Shown here one piece after another: positions 12,601-24,885 of a stretch of DNA of 64,000 nucleotides (its first letter is position 1; the number at the start of each line of letters is the position of its first letter). The notes under the pieces are model-generated. The model did no database searches and was not told where the DNA came from. It saw only the letters and a program-made list of their open reading frames with translations. The stretch covers positions 19,592,001-19,656,000 of the forward strand of contig JBHGNT010000011.1 in NCBI GenBank assembly GCA_043228905.1, given 5' to 3'. Both the position numbers and the translations under genes were made by a program. The stretch comes from Azolla caroliniana. Taxonomy: Eukaryota; Plantae; Polypodiophyta.

Positions 12601-15005
12601 ATCCCTGTGTTCTTCTCCTCCACATTTTCTGCAATATTTGCCTAATCTCTGTATTTTTTCCATCTGCGCTTGAGTTTCTCCGACCTAATCCTTGTACCCG
12701 CTGTCCTGGGCTATGGAACACCATGGATTCTGAACGGACAACAAATGAAGATATGGATTTGAACACCCAAATGATGGTCCAGATCAATGGAAGACCCCAA
12801 GAAATTACTGTAGAAGAAAAGGAGGGGATGGGAACACACTGAGTTCTCCCAAAGGGCACGAAGGGTGCACAAATGCATCTCCACATTTAAAGCCTATGTA
12901 AATAAGGAAACACAAGCATAAGTGGATAGACATGGCCAAAGATGCCAAAGCTCAAGCTGAGGATGCTCCAAGAGAAATTAAAGCAAACACTCCATTGATA
13001 GAGGTAGTGAAAAAGCAAAAGCAAATTGGTGGATAAGATGGAAATGCCGAACGCTACATTAGAAGTAGTCAAAAGGGAAACTGGTGCATTGGTTGGGCTG
13101 AAAACGGAAACCCAATATAATATGCCAAGAATATGGAATAAAGATGGGGGCATTAGATATTCCATTTGCTTTAGCATGGCACGTGGGAAGATATGAGTTT
13201 AGAGCTAAAGCCTTGATCATCCACTTCATAGATTTGGAAAAGAAGAAAGCTTTCCTATCTAAGAGAAGGGCACTTAAGGGTGACAAAATAATTTAGTAAC
13301 GATCTCACCATAGAACGTACTATTCGTGTTCGTGCAAGCATTCAAACGTTTGGAAATGAACACGTTTGAAATGGGAAAAATACCTGCTCCTTTTTTTTTT
13401 CTTTTTTTTCATTTATTGTCATTACAATTCAGCTCACCCTAGTGGTAAGGAGTCATGCTATTGCTGTCTATGTCTTGGGTTTGATTCCCAATTTTCTCAT
13501 GTCTTTCTCTCTCATTAGTACCATGTTATAGCAAAATTTTATGTTAGTGTTATAATAGTTTTTTTCTTTTATTTTTTTAATTATTAGAACTAAGCACAAC
13601 CTAGTGGTAAGTTGCTGTGCTACTATTACTTGTGTCTTGGGTTCAATTCCCAACTTTCTCATATCCTCTTGTTAGTGTCATGGCAAAATTTTATGTTAGT
13701 GTCATGTTCCTTTTTCTTCTTTTTCTTTCTTTCTTTCTTATTAGAAATTAGCTCACCCGAGTGGTAAGTTGTTATGCTATTGCCTACGTCATGATAAAAT
13801 TTTATGTTAGTGTCATGTTCCTTTTTCTTTCTTTCTTTCTTTCTTTCTTATTAGAAATTAGGTCACCCTAGTGGTAAGTTGTTATGCTACTACTGCCTAT
13901 GTCATGTTTTCTTCATATTCTTGATTATATACGTTTTATGAGTTTTTTATCGTTTCTTTTTTTCTTTCTTTGTTATTAGAAATTAGGACACCCTAGTGGT
14001 CAGTTGTTATGCTACTACTGCCTATGTCATGTTTTCTTCATATTCTCGAATATACGTTTTATGAGCTTTTGAACGTTTGATTATAATTTATAATGACATA
14101 TTTTGATTCAATCTCTATAGTTCATACTCATTTTTTTGTAAAGTTCTCAAGTGAGGATGATAGAGATGTCTTGATTCGCTCCCAAAAGTATGCATGTGAT
14201 ACAACGCAAATATTGCAACCATGCTTATGTTGGTGGTTCACAATGGATTAGAGTCCACTTGTTGGGATTAAGAGTGAATCAATATATAATATAGACCCTA
14301 GTCAATCCAATCCAACTTTGAGATGATTTACCATACACGTTTGATTGAATCATTCTCGAATGCGAATGCACGTATGATACGTATGGTTCATTCTATGGAT
14401 CTCACTACAGCTGAAGTAGCACATTGCAAAGAAAGCATGCCATGAGTGCTCGATGCAAGATGGAAGGAAATGAAAGGGTCAGGAATGATGTCAACAGGGC
14501 TGAGGAACACTCAGGACTAACCCAAGTAGAGTGATGGCTGGAAAGATGGAGAGAGAGAGAGAGAGAGGCAGTTGGAGGAGCTCACCTTTGAAGTGAGATC
14601 CAAAAGCTAAAACCTTATGTGTTATATGACCCATTTAGGGTTGGCCAAGTTCAATGAGAACTTGGCCCAAAAATAAAGAATACGTGATAAGTGACTTTTG
14701 GCCTTTATAATCAGGCCTATACACATGTACACAAGGGGGTCATTTAGGGCCTTTACCCCAACATGAAAATGGGCTATAATAGAGATGGTAAGGTGATTAT
14801 CATAAAGGAGAGAACCATATGATAGTATTTGGCCTATGAGACCTTACTTATGACTATATGGAATTGCAATGGCTCTGTATGGATAGATGCCAAGTATTTT
14901 AAAGATACCTTTAAGAACACAGATATCAATATGTATATAGAGACCCATCATTGCATTGCTAGTTGTAAAGAATCTAACTCTAGTAGAGTTGAGTATTCAG
15001 AAGTG

Positions 15006-15048
<43 letters not shown>

Positions 15049-18000
15049 AGTGAGTGAGTAGGTTGAGGAGAAGAAGAAGATGAAGAAAGAAAGAAACCTT
15101 AATGGTGCACCTCCAACAATAGAATAGGTGCCAAGTATTTAAATATACCTTTAAGAACACAGATATCAATATGTATATAGAGACCCATCATTGCATTGCT
15201 AGTTGTAAAGAATCTAACTCTAGTAGAGTTGAATATTCAGAAGTGTAGTGTGTGTGTGAGTGAGTGAGTAGGTTGAGGAGAAGAAGAAGATGAAGAAAGA
15301 AAGAAACCTTAATGGTGCACCTCCAACAATAGAATAGGTGACCTTCTAAAAAATGAAAAAGAGAAAGGAAACAATTCCTAGTGGTATGCCCAAACCACAA
15401 AAATGGCGACCTGAACTAAGCCCTCTTCACCTCTTTTTTATAGAGAAAAAGAGGTGCCTAATCTCGGCATTAAATGCGCTTATTCCCTTTTCTTTCTTCA
15501 AAAAAGAAGAAGGAATAAATAGCCCTTGATTCATGCCGTGCTATCAAAGATTCAATCTCTGCACCCTTTACAGCCTAGTGAATAGCCCTAACCACTAAGC
15601 TATTCATTTTTATTTAATTCCTATGATATTTACCTTTTATATATACATATATTTCTGTGATGTGAGTAGACCCTCCCTTTTCCCACCTTTCTACCTTTGG
15701 CCACGCCATATCACGACACCATGACATCTAGCTCCAGTTGCTTGCACAAATCTTTATTAGAGCTATAAGGTTTCCCTACTAGCTGGACAGAACATACTAT
15801 TGCGCCAATTTTCAAGAGTGGAGACCCCATGATGCTGTGCAATTATAGGATAATCATGATTAGCCATTACTTAGCCAAACTATACGGCTGAGGCTCAATC
15901 CTAGGGCAGATTTGTGTGTATGGGCAGAGAGAAATGGCTGCTGGACAGGCAGGCATTTGGAAGGGGTTCACAACTTTGAATCAAATATTGACCCTCCGAG
16001 CCATTATTGATGAGGCAGAGCCCAAAATAAGAGGATTTATTACTGCTTTTGGATTTCTGGAAAGCCTTGAATGCTGTATCATGCTATCAGCTCATGCAGT
16101 GGCTAGACAACCTTGGTGTCCCTAAAGATATGTAATGAGAATCTATGCACTCTATGAATCTGTGTCAGGAAAGGTACGATCTCCCAATGAGTTGTTGGAG
16201 GCTGTAGCTAGCATAATTGGAGTAAGACAAGGATGCCCACAATCACCCACTCTCTTTGGTCTCTATGTTCGTGAGGTATCACATTACATGGAGAGATTTG
16301 GTGGCTGGGAGCATGCCTAACAGGTATGGCCATACAAGTCCTACTATATGCTGATGATAGCATGCTAATCTCTGACCATAAAAGTATTTCATACAGACAG
16401 GTTTGTTGATAAACATAGATAAAACTAAAGTGCTTGGGGCTGTTCTTACTGGAAGTCGAGAGACATAAGGGCAATTATACAGCCACACAAACGCACCGAA
16501 GGTTTTTTTAGCCCCATCACTCCAACTCATGCTATAAGTCAATCAACAGCTACAGAAATGGGTGCACGACCAGGGCATTGCAAAGGGGTTACAATAGATC
16601 AGGAAATATGAATGTCATGCATGTAGGCCTTGGCCTTGTGGACCGCAATTTCATCATCCTTGTCATTCACAGACAAAGGCCACCTTTTCCCACAATCACA
16701 GGTGCTTCCCTCACTTCAGAGACCTCCCCATTCTGGATTGACTTATGTTAGAGATCTTTCAAAGACAAAAATTACAATATATCTGATTAGGGAATCTTAC
16801 ATGTATAGATGAGGGATTCACTAGTGGCATCTTACCCTAGCGGTTTCTTATTCTCCAAGACAAGACAACATTTTAAGATGTAATCTCTTATTTGGTCTTA
16901 TAGGCCATTTGGCGTCTTAAAAGATGTTAATATTTCCTTTTTACTTACTTTTTTCTATTCTCATGTCCTTGTTTTTATTCGGTGTCTCTTCTCTTAGTGC
17001 TATCCTTGTTCCTTCATTTCTATATAGTGTTGACTGTTGAGGTTTACGGAAACTGTTGACTATATAGTGTTTCCATGCTATAAACTTTGAATTGTGGCTT
17101 GTTGGATTAGTGTTGACAGACTAGTTGTTTTGACTTCTAGTAAATATGCACAACAACTCAAACGACCTGATAAGTTCTGGGAGAGACTTTCGATTGACAA
17201 CTCAAAGAGCCATCTCCGTGAATTGCAGCATGAGGTAAGCCAGCTATTCTGTTTTTGACCTTTTGCATTGTAGTGTCCTGACTTTCTGACATTTGTAATA
17301 GCAGTCATTGGAGTTGAAACTGATGGAATGCACATTCAGACCAAGGATAAATAGGAAGTATTTTGAACAAGATGCAGGTAATTCTAATCGTTTTGACCAA
17401 TTGTTTTGGGATGCTGAAAATCGTCGCCGTCGTCAAGCTGAATATATGCAGTGGCACCCTGAAGGGTTAGTAGCTTATACTTTTATAGACTTGTTTATTC
17501 AGTCATGATATTGATATTTAATGCACATGTTGGTTACATGGAACTGTGTACACATTGAGTGGATTGTTCTACATTATGTCAACATGTTTAGGGTTGAGGT
17601 TTAAAGAAATACTAAGCCATGAGAAATACTAAGCCATGAGAAAGTTTATGTGCCAATTATCATTGGTGTTCTCCGACTATAAATAGCTGAGTGCTTCATA
17701 TGGAGAGAATTTGTTCAAATTTGTGTTGATAATTTAGTGTTCATTGTCTAACAATGTTTTGTACTCTTTTGTCTTGGAATTGTATGTCAACACATGTGGT
17801 CATACTCTCTTCCTGCTATGCCAGCACAAAAGGATTAGGATTTCTGATTATTGTTAGTTGAACACACCTTTATCATCAACTCAATAATCTATGACTTCTC
17901 AGCCTTCATTTGTTGATCATGCAATGAAGCTACATGAAGTATGCCAAACTTGTCACCTTAGAATCCTTCACAGTAATTACTATGGTAGAACCTCCCATAC

Positions 18001-21000
18001 TGGATTCTTACAGTGATTGCAAGATGTTTGAGGGAGACATAGAAGTGCTATGGATTCCATGCGAGAGAAGTGATTCTTTGAAGGCTCGAATAATTATTTA
18101 GACATAGATTGTAGGCCACATATTGCATTCAGTTTGTACATGTATTTGAAAAGGTGAATGATGTTTTGCTTTTTTTGACATTGAGGAGCTTTAATGGAAA
18201 ATTTGGATTTTGGATTAGCCTGTAGGATAGGGGACTGGATGGGATAGGCAAAACTGTCACATGCAAATTAATTCTACACAGGATTATGCACAAAGGTTTT
18301 AGGCTTGACGGCCTCACCAAACATGGTATTTTGTTAGCAGTATTTTTATTCACATCTGGACATCAGAAATGTGCTTGTAACTAAGCATAGCAATAAGACA
18401 CAGCAAAAGGACCGTTGGTAGACATGTGGACTGCCACTTTTTACATTACACCTATATAGCGAAATTAAATAGAGCTTGGAATAATTCTCTTTTGGTGGGG
18501 ATATCACTGGGAACCCGTTTAATGGGTGATGACAAAAGAAGGGTTGACGACCCAAGTGTTGTAGTTTTGGGATTAGTGTAGTAAATTTAAATCATGTAAA
18601 ATTTAAGAAAGGCATGTTTGAAATTAATTAGAGAACTGAGGTTCTTGCCCAAATTGGTGCACATAAAAAATCATCCTACATTCAGGTTAATACACTCATC
18701 CTACATTCAGGTTAATACAAGACATGACACTCACAAATTTAAATATTAAATTCCTTGTTTCAGAAAGTTTAGATAACATAGATACTTTTATGGTACAAAG
18801 CTTATGTGATGGGTATACATTGGATAAGAAAGAGTGTACAATGAAGAACACAGTTCAAAGCTGCATAATTATTTCTAAACATTAGTAAAAGCAATCGTTC
18901 TTATATTCTTATAGCTGTGAAGATGGTTTGAATGGGTACATGCCAATGTACTCGAAATAGATAATTTTGCTCCAATGTGAACTCACAAGAATGCCAATGT
19001 AATAAACCAGAATGCATGCTGCAAGATAGTAAATTACCAAACAAGTCCTTGGGACCACAATGTCAATTATAAAACATAATGAAGTTTCCATTTTAAATGT
19101 CAATTGAAATCAAATAGCCTCCACGAATGATGTATAGTAAAACTCAAGCCATATGAGAGTTACTGGGATGTTGCAACAGTATGGGCTGGATTCTTACTTA
19201 GTAAACCAAAAATTTGCATAACAGCTCTGCAACATAGCAATGTTTTCCCTCATTATTTAATGCTACAAATTATACTTGACAATTTTCTTACTGCATGTAG
19301 TTTGAGTAAATGCACGCATGCCGCTTATTTATGAGAATCATCATGCTTCTCAAATTGCATTATATAATAATAAATATTTTGTTGTGATAGAGCCACATTC
19401 CAGCCAATTATTAATCCCCACTGGAAGTCGAGTAGTATTTATGGCCATGATGATGAGTCCAACAGAAGCAATGTATTCAATAGACTTTTACAGTATGCTG
19501 CAAAATTGGCTGAAAAGAAGCAGAAATGGCAGAATGAAATGAAACTAGTGGATCCTACAACAGGCCAAGAGCTTTTTCACCCTCAAACAGGACGGAAACC
19601 TTATGGAGAGGTAACGGCGTCAGCACTAAATGGTTTTATATATTGCTTACAGATGTAATGCATGAACATTTTTTGTCATTTTTTTCAGAGAAAAACGGAT
19701 GCCATCCCCATTGGTGACTTCCTTTACCAACTCAAGTTTTCATTGGACAGCAAAAAGCAAACACTCATGGAAAGGAACATCCAGAAGGCAAAAGAGTTGG
19801 CTAACGGTCAGTATGTTAACTCAAAGTCATCCAAGATGTTGGAAAGGAGACGAATAAAAAGCAGTCAAGAGATATTTGATCTTCTAGATACAGATAAGGT
19901 TTGATCCTGTTAATAAAAGAAATCTCCATCCTGCAATTTGAAATATTCACTTGACCTGTCTCGTCCATCAGCTGCACCCCTTTTTTCATCTTGCATGATT
20001 TTCCTTCCACTAAGGGCTCAAGGGAACGTTCTGAGATACACTCTTGAACTTCAGTGATCTACCATGCCTATTGAGATCCACAATGTGTATTAGCAACAGT
20101 ATTCCGTAGCTAATTCTTGGATCAAATTGTCTGTGAGCTGAATGTCAAGACTTAAAAAGCATGGATCATACCCTTCATGCTTCATGTTCTCACTTTACAC
20201 TTACGTAGATCGGTATCATGTGCTAAATAATGCAGTGCCCTCTCTCAACGTTGGCCAACTGAATCTGCAGGATGGACTAATCAATTTAGCAAATGTTGAT
20301 TGGAAGAATTTCCCAAGCGAGTTTGTAGAAGATCTGAAGGAAGTGAGGAAAATTGGTTCTACAAATGAAAGAGATCTTCCTCCTGATAAATTTATGAAAC
20401 TATTGATGTATGTTCAGGTAGTAAAATGTCTCTCTCTAATTTCTTTTATTCTGATTTACATTCATGAGCTGGACCCAATCTTCTGGCTTGTCACCATTAG
20501 ACACCTAAAAAACATATAATAAAACCTCTGCAGAAGAGACGGGGAGGAAGTTGCTTGTCAATGAAGCCTCGGAAAAAACAATCTGAAGCAGAAAGCCAGC
20601 CCTTCAAATTTAAAGTGGATCACCATTCTTGCCGATTAGCATCTGGCCGAAGGAAACCCGGGTGTGTGACTGAACAGTTCAACTTCATTGTAATTTATAT
20701 AATAAGCCATTGTTTTTCATTTTCTTGACCCCATTTCTGATTTGTTTTTTTCTTTGGCAATTTATATGATCAAGATTCTCTTAACAGTAGATTTTTGACG
20801 ATCCGCATTATATATTTATCTGACTCATTGGTGCCATATATTCTGGATTCTCAGGAATAGTAGACATTGGTACAGATTGGTGTTATCAGATAAAGAAAGG
20901 AAGCAGGCAAAAATAGATGCCTTAAGGAAGGAAAAAGAGAACCAAGAGCTCTCTGAATGTACATTTAGACCTTCTTTGCATAAAAAAGACTGCAAAGGAT

Positions 21001-21678
21001 CACCAGGGGTAGCAATCAATTCCCTTTTTCTTATTTTAATGTTGAGGAGATTTGATCCTTGGGACTGCATTGAAATTCGAATGAATTGCTTTTACTTTTT
21101 TCTTGATGAAGGGCATGTGTGGAGGTTCAGTTAACGCTCGTCTTTCTCCGCAATCCACTATAGTTGTAAAGGAGCAACAGGAGATCCATGGATTTATTTT
21201 TCGTGAAGTAAATATGGATGCACCTGGTATGCAAACATTTAGTTAATAACATGACTTACCATGTAGCCTATTCTGCATCTCTCCTTGTTTCTCAAATGAT
21301 TGTTTGGCTTTGTTTCTCTTGTATTTTTTCTTGAGTCATGAAAGTCTACCATGTCCCTGTTCGTGTATAGGGCACTCTGAGTCAACAGCTGCAAAGGATG
21401 CACGCTCGCCACGAACAGCACTGAACTTACTGAAATCACTGAAGCGAATTGTTACAAGATCAACAGAATCCAATGATGAAAAGCAGATCTCCAGCATGAG
21501 GAATTTAGAAGGTAGTTTGTATATCATTCGTTGGGTCAGGTAGCATTCTGAAAAGAATTGCTTGTACATATCAATGAATCATTGTAAAAGTCTGGGCCAT
21601 TCCTTGAATTCAACCACCCTCCCTAGGAAACTGCTCATGCAATGTATCTGATTACCTTTTGCAGATTTAGCAGATTGA
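5369..21678 (+). CDS. Uncharacterised ~825-aa protein with repeated CTF.P.I / RL(Y/F) motifs and an EF-hand-like segment; possibly cilium/microtubule associated
   Basis: 16 GT-AG exons with consistent phases: 5369-5569, 5742-5847, 6456-6639, 6770-7046, 7111-7257, 11652-11830, 17141-17234, 17305-17465, 19391-19610, 19689-19898, 20271-20417, 20534-20661, 20855-21008, 21112-21226, 21371-21511, 21665-21678 (2478 nt, open throughout). Motifs: VLLAITVAINDGQIELLSVRDGDCLEELATKFC, NYGELLYHEA, ECTFRPRIN, DPTTGQELFHPQTGRKP, IFDLLDTDKDGLINL, ELSECTFRPSL. The start codon is less certain than the internal exons. Confidence 0.85.
6649..6690. repeat. (CT)n microsatellite in intron 3 of gene 1
   Basis: About 21 perfect CT units. 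Confidence 0.95.
7760..8390 (-). mobile_element. Degenerate non-LTR retrotransposon (RTE/RTEX-like) 3' fragment
   Basis: The minus strand reads QFRAASHQLEIDIG, like the C-terminal 'FRxSSHxLxIExG' motif of these LINEs. Segment 8040-8200 is homologous to 9130-9300 and 10240-10390. Confidence 0.6.
9090..10140 (-). mobile_element. Degenerate non-LTR retrotransposon reverse-transcriptase fragment
   Basis: Minus-strand VKQGCALSP (~9940-9965) and LQYIDD (~9830-9850), matching the RT motifs QG..LSP and YADD, with stops and frameshifts. Confidence 0.7.
10240..11395 (-). mobile_element. Degenerate non-LTR retrotransposon reverse-transcriptase fragment
   Basis: ORF 11115-11342 reads RQAGFQKGFTTLDHLSSLLTLIEE...YHCFMNFQKTFE (LINE RT motifs QAGFR and FVDFxKAFD). 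The downstream part is homologous to the two neighbouring copies. Confidence 0.75.
12470..12690. repeat. ~29-bp minisatellite within a retroelement-like remnant
   Basis: About 6-7 diverging copies of CCTAATCTCTG(C/G)GTTCTCTGTAATGTCTG. Confidence 0.85.
13309..14397. mobile_element. hAT-type non-autonomous element (CATAG-terminal family) carrying an internal array of tRNA-like units
   Basis: Termini CATAGAA...TTCTATG with a perfect 8-bp TSD GATCTCAC (13301-13308 and 14398-14405). The ends match the short copies at 29856-30084 and 60394-60634. Confidence 0.85.
14888..15340. repeat. Tandem duplication (~240-bp unit) containing (GT)n, in LTR-like sequence
   Basis: TGCCAAGTATTT...AGAATAGG occurs twice (from 14888 and 15129). 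The GT tract is much longer in copy 1. Confidence 0.9.
15720..16400 (+). mobile_element. Degenerate non-LTR retrotransposon RT fragment (same family as 9090-11395, opposite strand)
   Basis: WTEHTIAPIFKSGDP..NYRIIMI, QAGIWKGFTTLNQI, GVRQGCPQSPTLFGLYV and LLYADDS appear in order, with frameshifts. Confidence 0.8.
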
Positions 21679-21854
21679 AGGTTTCCATGTCAGAAATTAC
21701 ACGGTAAAGACAATTTTGCAAGTGTTTCCCGGTCAACATTTCCAGCATTGCAAAGTTGATTGGTATATTTCGAAGGCATACTTGAGATAAATGTCAGGCA
21801 ATAAAAGTCTTTCATAGCTGATGAGCGACTGACGTTTACAGAGAATAATTCCGG

Positions 21855-22266
21855 TATTGTAACATGTGTTATTACTCCTAATGCAATACTCGGTGTTGGT
21901 GCATGAGAACTTATGTCCACACCACAATGCCATATACAAGAATGGGTTAGGTTCATGCCTAAATGAGAATGTATTAGTTTTGCTATGATGTATTAAATGT
22001 CTACCAATTTTTTAACTGTCCATGGTTCCATTGTTGCATGTGTAACATCAACCAAATATTATTGTAACATGTCTTATTACTCCTAATGCAATACTCGGTG
22101 TTGGTGCATGAGAACTTATGTCCACACCACAATGCCATATACAAGAATGGGTTAGGCTCACGCCTAAATGAGAATGTATTAGTTTTGCTATGATGTATTA
22201 AATGTCTATCAATTTTTTAACTGTCCATGGTTCCATTGTTGCACGTGTAACATCAACTAAATATTA
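21855..22266. repeat. Tandem duplication of a ~205-bp unit downstream of gene 1 stop
   Basis: TATTGTAACATG...AAATAT starts at 21855 and again at 22060, with only a few substitutions. Confidence 0.9.
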
Positions 22267-22399
22267 CTTCTGATCATCTACATAATGCATATACAAGAAG
22301 CGGAAACAAATATGCTGAACCTTAGAACATAATACCCATGGTATCATGAAGATGAAATTACTTGGAAAACACAGTCGGTTCTGGTATTTCTTTCAGGAC

Positions 22400-23950
22400 A
22401 ATTGACATGAGTGACGCTCACCATATAATGAAGGCATTCTTAACTTCTCTTGATGGGTCTTTTTTCTTGTGGAATCTTTTCACTACAACTAACACTGAAA
22501 ATATTTTGTTATAGATTTGAAGAGAACTCATTCATTTGGTGTTTATGTGATGCTTCTCATGGTTCGTCACATGTCACTTTTTGGATGGCCTCTGTATCAT
22601 CCGTGTCTTTATTCATGTCTCTGTGATATGCTTTGTGTGGGCTATAGGTTTTATGCTTCAATACATTGATATTGATGGGGCATCAAAATTCTTATTGACA
22701 AGCACACATCGATATTGGAAAGCAAATGCAAAAAGACATTGATATGGTTTCCTATAGATCTTATCTCCACTTTAGTCCATGCCATACATATCTTTATGAC
22801 ACTTTCCATGATTTATATAAAAAAGGATGTTGATATAAATGGATACTTGTGATCTAAAACATTTCGTTAAGATCAAGTGTGTGGGATTGTTTCTTGTGTG
22901 AAGAGTATATTCCTATTATGGAAACAATATTTAGGTATGGTGTTCCATAACATACATAAAACCTGTTCAGAATCCATGGGACTCTACAAATGATGTAGAC
23001 TGTTGGCTCTTTGGATCTAGAGTTCTTTGATGCTTTAGAGTTCTAGGAGTATGTAGGAATCTGAAATAGAGAACTTCATTAATCATAACCTCAAACATTG
23101 GCAATGAGTATTTGTGGGAATTTGAAATGTTTCTTGGAACTTCCGTAATTTGTACTTCATTTCTCAAGCTTGATTTCTGAAACCTTTAATGTCTCACCTT
23201 CATTGGTTTCATCAACTTTGTTAGACCAAGTATTAATGATCCTTTTCTTAATTGTCACCACATGTACTCAAATCTTGTCATCCAAACACCACTACATGAA
23301 GTTTAAATGTTACATATTTTGATAGTAATTGCAAATTGTAATCTTGAATATGCAAGGAAATAAGGATGGCACAACACCAAATTCCATATTTGAAAGTAAC
23401 TTTGAGCTTAATCTTTGCATGAGATACTATAGAAACTGTATTTCATATCAGCTATAAGCATATTGATGCTGTCCTCAAATGATAACAATCACAACTCATG
23501 CTTGGAGTACCAGAATTAATTCCACATCTTGTAATCAATGTTGGTTCCACATCCATAGTTTGGTGGCTCAGCATGACTTCATTACCTCACTAATCCCATG
23601 ACTCCTAATAGTTGGCACAATGCTAACCTACTCCTAGCACTCTTGTAACTCAAATTGGGTTTGGGAAAACCAAACTTTTGATGGTTGTTAAGACTAACAC
23701 TAGATTGATATTGATTTCAAATTTCAATTATAGATATTGATGTTGATTCCATTAGCATCGATGTCGTAAGTAAGGTAGATCCTTGGTTTCATCCAACTCT
23801 TCACTTCATTGCTTGAGAATTATTTTTTTGTTTTTGCAAGAGAAGGCTAGATTCGTCACATAGTGTTAATGATACCTTTCTGTGTAAAAACCATTTCCCT
23901 AAACTATCTTTCCAAATTTAAGGCGATTACCCTCAAACTTCCCCTTTCCT
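22400..23950 (-). mobile_element. Highly degenerate Ty1/copia remnant
   Basis: Minus-strand fragments resemble copia gag (EELDETKDL), protease (WCLD) and integrase C-terminus (VLKHKTYSP), in copia order. There are many stops and the boundaries are approximate. Confidence 0.45.
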
Positions 23951-24885
23951 TTTCTTCTACTCTACCAAAAGTGTCGTAGTTGACATATTCTCATCAGCAA
24001 GAACTCTAGTAGAAGCACAATAATGGGACTTGTATTCGAGTATATTGAGGATCATAATTATCCCAACAAACTACTACTATGATTTTACAGTGTTAGCACA
24101 TACAAAGAAAAATATATGACAATGTAAACACCCTCATCAAATGGATAGTGACACTTCAAATGAGACAACTCCTAATCAGCTCAGGTAAATTAATCCATAC
24201 TTCAATGATGAAAATAAAATAGGATAATGACATCTCTTGTTCAAGCTAATCTTAAATTGGATAGCTTAGGAGTTAGGACTGCTACCACTATAAGATTATT
24301 CAGTGTCATTGTCAAATCATGGCAGCGTGTTTTTACATAATTAGTGGAGAAATGCTATGTTTACATCAGTTAAGTTTTCTAAATTCCCACTCTTATTAAA
24401 TATAAAAATGCATCCCAACATTATTATTGTTAAGCTAACTTTCAGCATATATCCCAGGAAGGTGTAATTTTGATGAAGAGTTGAAAAAGCAGTTATTAAT
24501 CTAGTTTGAAAATCATGGAACGCATAAATTGCACATGCTCTGACAAAACTAACTTACAAAAACATCACTAAATCCCAACAAACCCCATATTAATACAACA
24601 CTTACAATTGCCATGTGTGCTAGCACTAATGGCACATTTTTACTCCAAACCATTGTACCAGGATATGAGCTCTATGTTGACCATGGGAATTCAATTCAAC
24701 GCTTTTATAAAAATTTAGTTTCTGTATGTATTTACAAGGGCCAAAGGTATATTACATATTGATTCCTGGCATCCTGTTAGTGCTATACAAATATCCAAGG
24801 GTATAGAGAATCAATGGAAGTGTGGTATATATATTTTGTGACAAATTGAATTTGTTGTTTCTGTGCATAATGATGGTTGGTCCTA

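Noticed and set aside
13431-13660. Functional tRNA genes
   Set aside because: A- and B-box-like motifs are present, but I could not find an acceptor stem or a credible anticodon arm. They are treated as tRNA-derived repeats.
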